Positions 62,728-64,000 of a stretch of DNA of 64,000 bases are shown here, one piece after another; within the stretch, counting starts at the first letter, position 1; each line of letters opens with the position of its first letter. The position numbers were made by a program, and so were the translations under genes. Where the stretch lies: contig NW_003314301.1 in assembly GCF_000143415.4 (NCBI RefSeq), positions 1,232,981-1,296,980 on the forward strand, given 5' to 3'. Under the pieces are notes generated by a model. It made no database searches. It was not told the DNA's origin and saw nothing but the letters and a program-made list of their open reading frames with translations. The DNA comes from Selaginella moellendorffii (Eukaryota > Plantae > Lycopodiophyta).

Positions 62728-62898
62728 CGCTAAAAACATGAACACGCGAGAGATGAGAAGAATACAAAAAACGAGCTTGGAGTTCTCAGCTACAAGAAAG
62801 ATGAGCTCCAAGCAAGACGCAGCAAAACGAAAACTAAAAAACAAGAACCAAAGCAACACAGGACAAAGCAAAAAGACAACTAGAAGAGCTGTTGTCTG

Positions 62899-64000
62899 TC
62901 ACATGAGGCATTCCACCCGAAAGCCTTTGTCTTCGGCGAACCAGCACTTGCAAACGCGGTACTCGACAAGTCCTCCAACCTCCATAAAGTTCTCCAGCGC
63001 GGCCTCAAAGTACGACTGAAGAACCTTCCAGGCCAGGCAGGCGCACTGCGATCCATACGCCGCCGTGAACTCGTCCATAAGAAAGTGGCAGACGTCCGAG
63101 GGGCTCTCCCGGAACCTCGCAAGATACGACATGAACACCAGCGTCTTGGGGTGGCCGGGAGCGGTGGAATGCAGCAGCCGGAAGAGCCTGTCCGGGGTGA
63201 TGAGCTTGAGAGCCTCATGGCCGCCGGAAGCATCAGCCGACTTCTTCCCGCTCACGGACAGGGGCCCGTAGAAGTCGAAGAGTGTGACCCGGATCAAGTC
63301 TTTGTCATCCTTGGACATCCCGGCGACTCGTCCCAGCCGCTCCTCGACGCTGGCCAGCAGCTGCGTACACTTCTCTATGCTGTCATACTTGAGCGAGTCG
63401 TCCAGCGGCAGCAAATCTCGCAACAGTTCCTTGTTGCTCCGCTCCAAGCAGCACCTCCGGCAGTGGCACTCGAACCCCCAGTCCTCCACCAGCGCCTTCC
63501 TCCGCTCGGTGCTCCACGGAGCGTATGGATCCACGTACGAGATGAGCAGCTCGTCGCCGGCGTGCAAGTCCCTGGCCGCGTGAAACATGGTGGCCTTGCC
63601 AACCTCGAGCTTGGAAACGTTTGGAAGACACGAGTGATTGACGAACGCCGGCAGTCCCCACACCCGCGACTTGCTACACTCGGACTGTCCCAGCATCGTC
63701 CAAGGGAAGTAGGCCGCCTTGACGGCCCCCTGGATCCTGGCCACGTCCAGCGGCGGAGCTTCTTCCGGCGGCATTGCTCCTTCGTAGCCGAGGTTTGGCC
63801 GGAAGATCTTCATGCTCGGCACTGAGGCCGCATCGTCGATGGCGTAAAGTTGGTGGATGATCTTCTGCGACGAGCGGCACGCCTTGAGCGCCCCGACCAG
63901 CAGCTCCGACTCGGCGGCCCCGGCCTCCTCCTTGACACAGCTCGCGAAGCTGATGTTGTTGCTCACCAGCAGGAGCTCACCCAGCCGGACCTTCTTCGTC
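62899..64000 (-). CDS. SET-domain protein (SMYD-like), 5' part outside the window
   Basis: FVNHSCLPNV, AARDLHAGDELLISY, post-SET WGFECHCRRC. Confidence 0.88.
   Translation of the reverse strand, partial: TKKVRLGELLLVSNNISFASCVKEEAGAAESELLVGALKACRSSQKIIHQLYAIDDAASVPSMKIFRPNLGYEGAMPPEEAPPLDVARIQGAVKAAYFPWTMLGQSECSKSRVWGLPAFVNHSCLPNVSKLEVGKATMFHAARDLHAGDELLISYVDPYAPWSTERRKALVEDWGFECHCRRCCLERSNKELLRDLLPLDDSLKYDSIEKCTQLLASVEERLGRVAGMSKDDKDLIRVTLFDFYGPLSVSGKKSADASGGHEALKLITPDRLFRLLHSTAPGHPKTLVFMSYLARFRESPSDVCHFLMDEFTAAYGSQCACLAWKVLQSYFEAALENFMEVGGLVEYRVCKCWFAEDKGFRVECLM

Overview
Plant nuclear DNA. The ~50-nt introns and very high gene density suggest a compact land-plant genome such as the lycophyte Selaginella (inference). 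Bases 1-28 kb are a nested transposon block. An old non-coding LTR element (about 1150-23850) is interrupted by an 18.8-kb DNA transposon (2747-21586; 24-bp TIRs, 4-bp TSD TAAT; about 11.7 kb without its own insert). That transposon is interrupted by a young 7.2-kb non-coding LTR element of the same family as the old one (12409-19577, TSD ATTGT). The DNA transposon is the most unusual feature. It has two divergent, now inactivated genes: a DDD-type (Sola-like) transposase, and one large spliced gene that appears to fuse a ParB/Srx-like domain, a degenerate DNA-methyltransferase-like fold, low-complexity linkers and an FCP1/SCP-type HAD phosphatase. It also carries about 26 copies of a 22-bp palindrome (ATGGCRTG-WGGCCW-CAYGCCAT), four of them inside tiny introns of that gene. 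Two 5S-containing Cassandra-type LTRs also occur. Bases 28-64 kb are gene-dense: HDA5-like, 4CL-like, ARM/TPR, RPS19, an ETR1-like receptor lacking its phospho-His, a 4CL/ETR1 chimeric pseudogene, F-box and CR-type NTPase pseudogenes, CASP-like, AAE13, USP, extensin, PNC carrier, SWC5 (hosting two intronic H/ACA snoRNAs), a hevein-like peptide, a PPR protein and a SET-domain protein. All calls were made by eye, without database searches.
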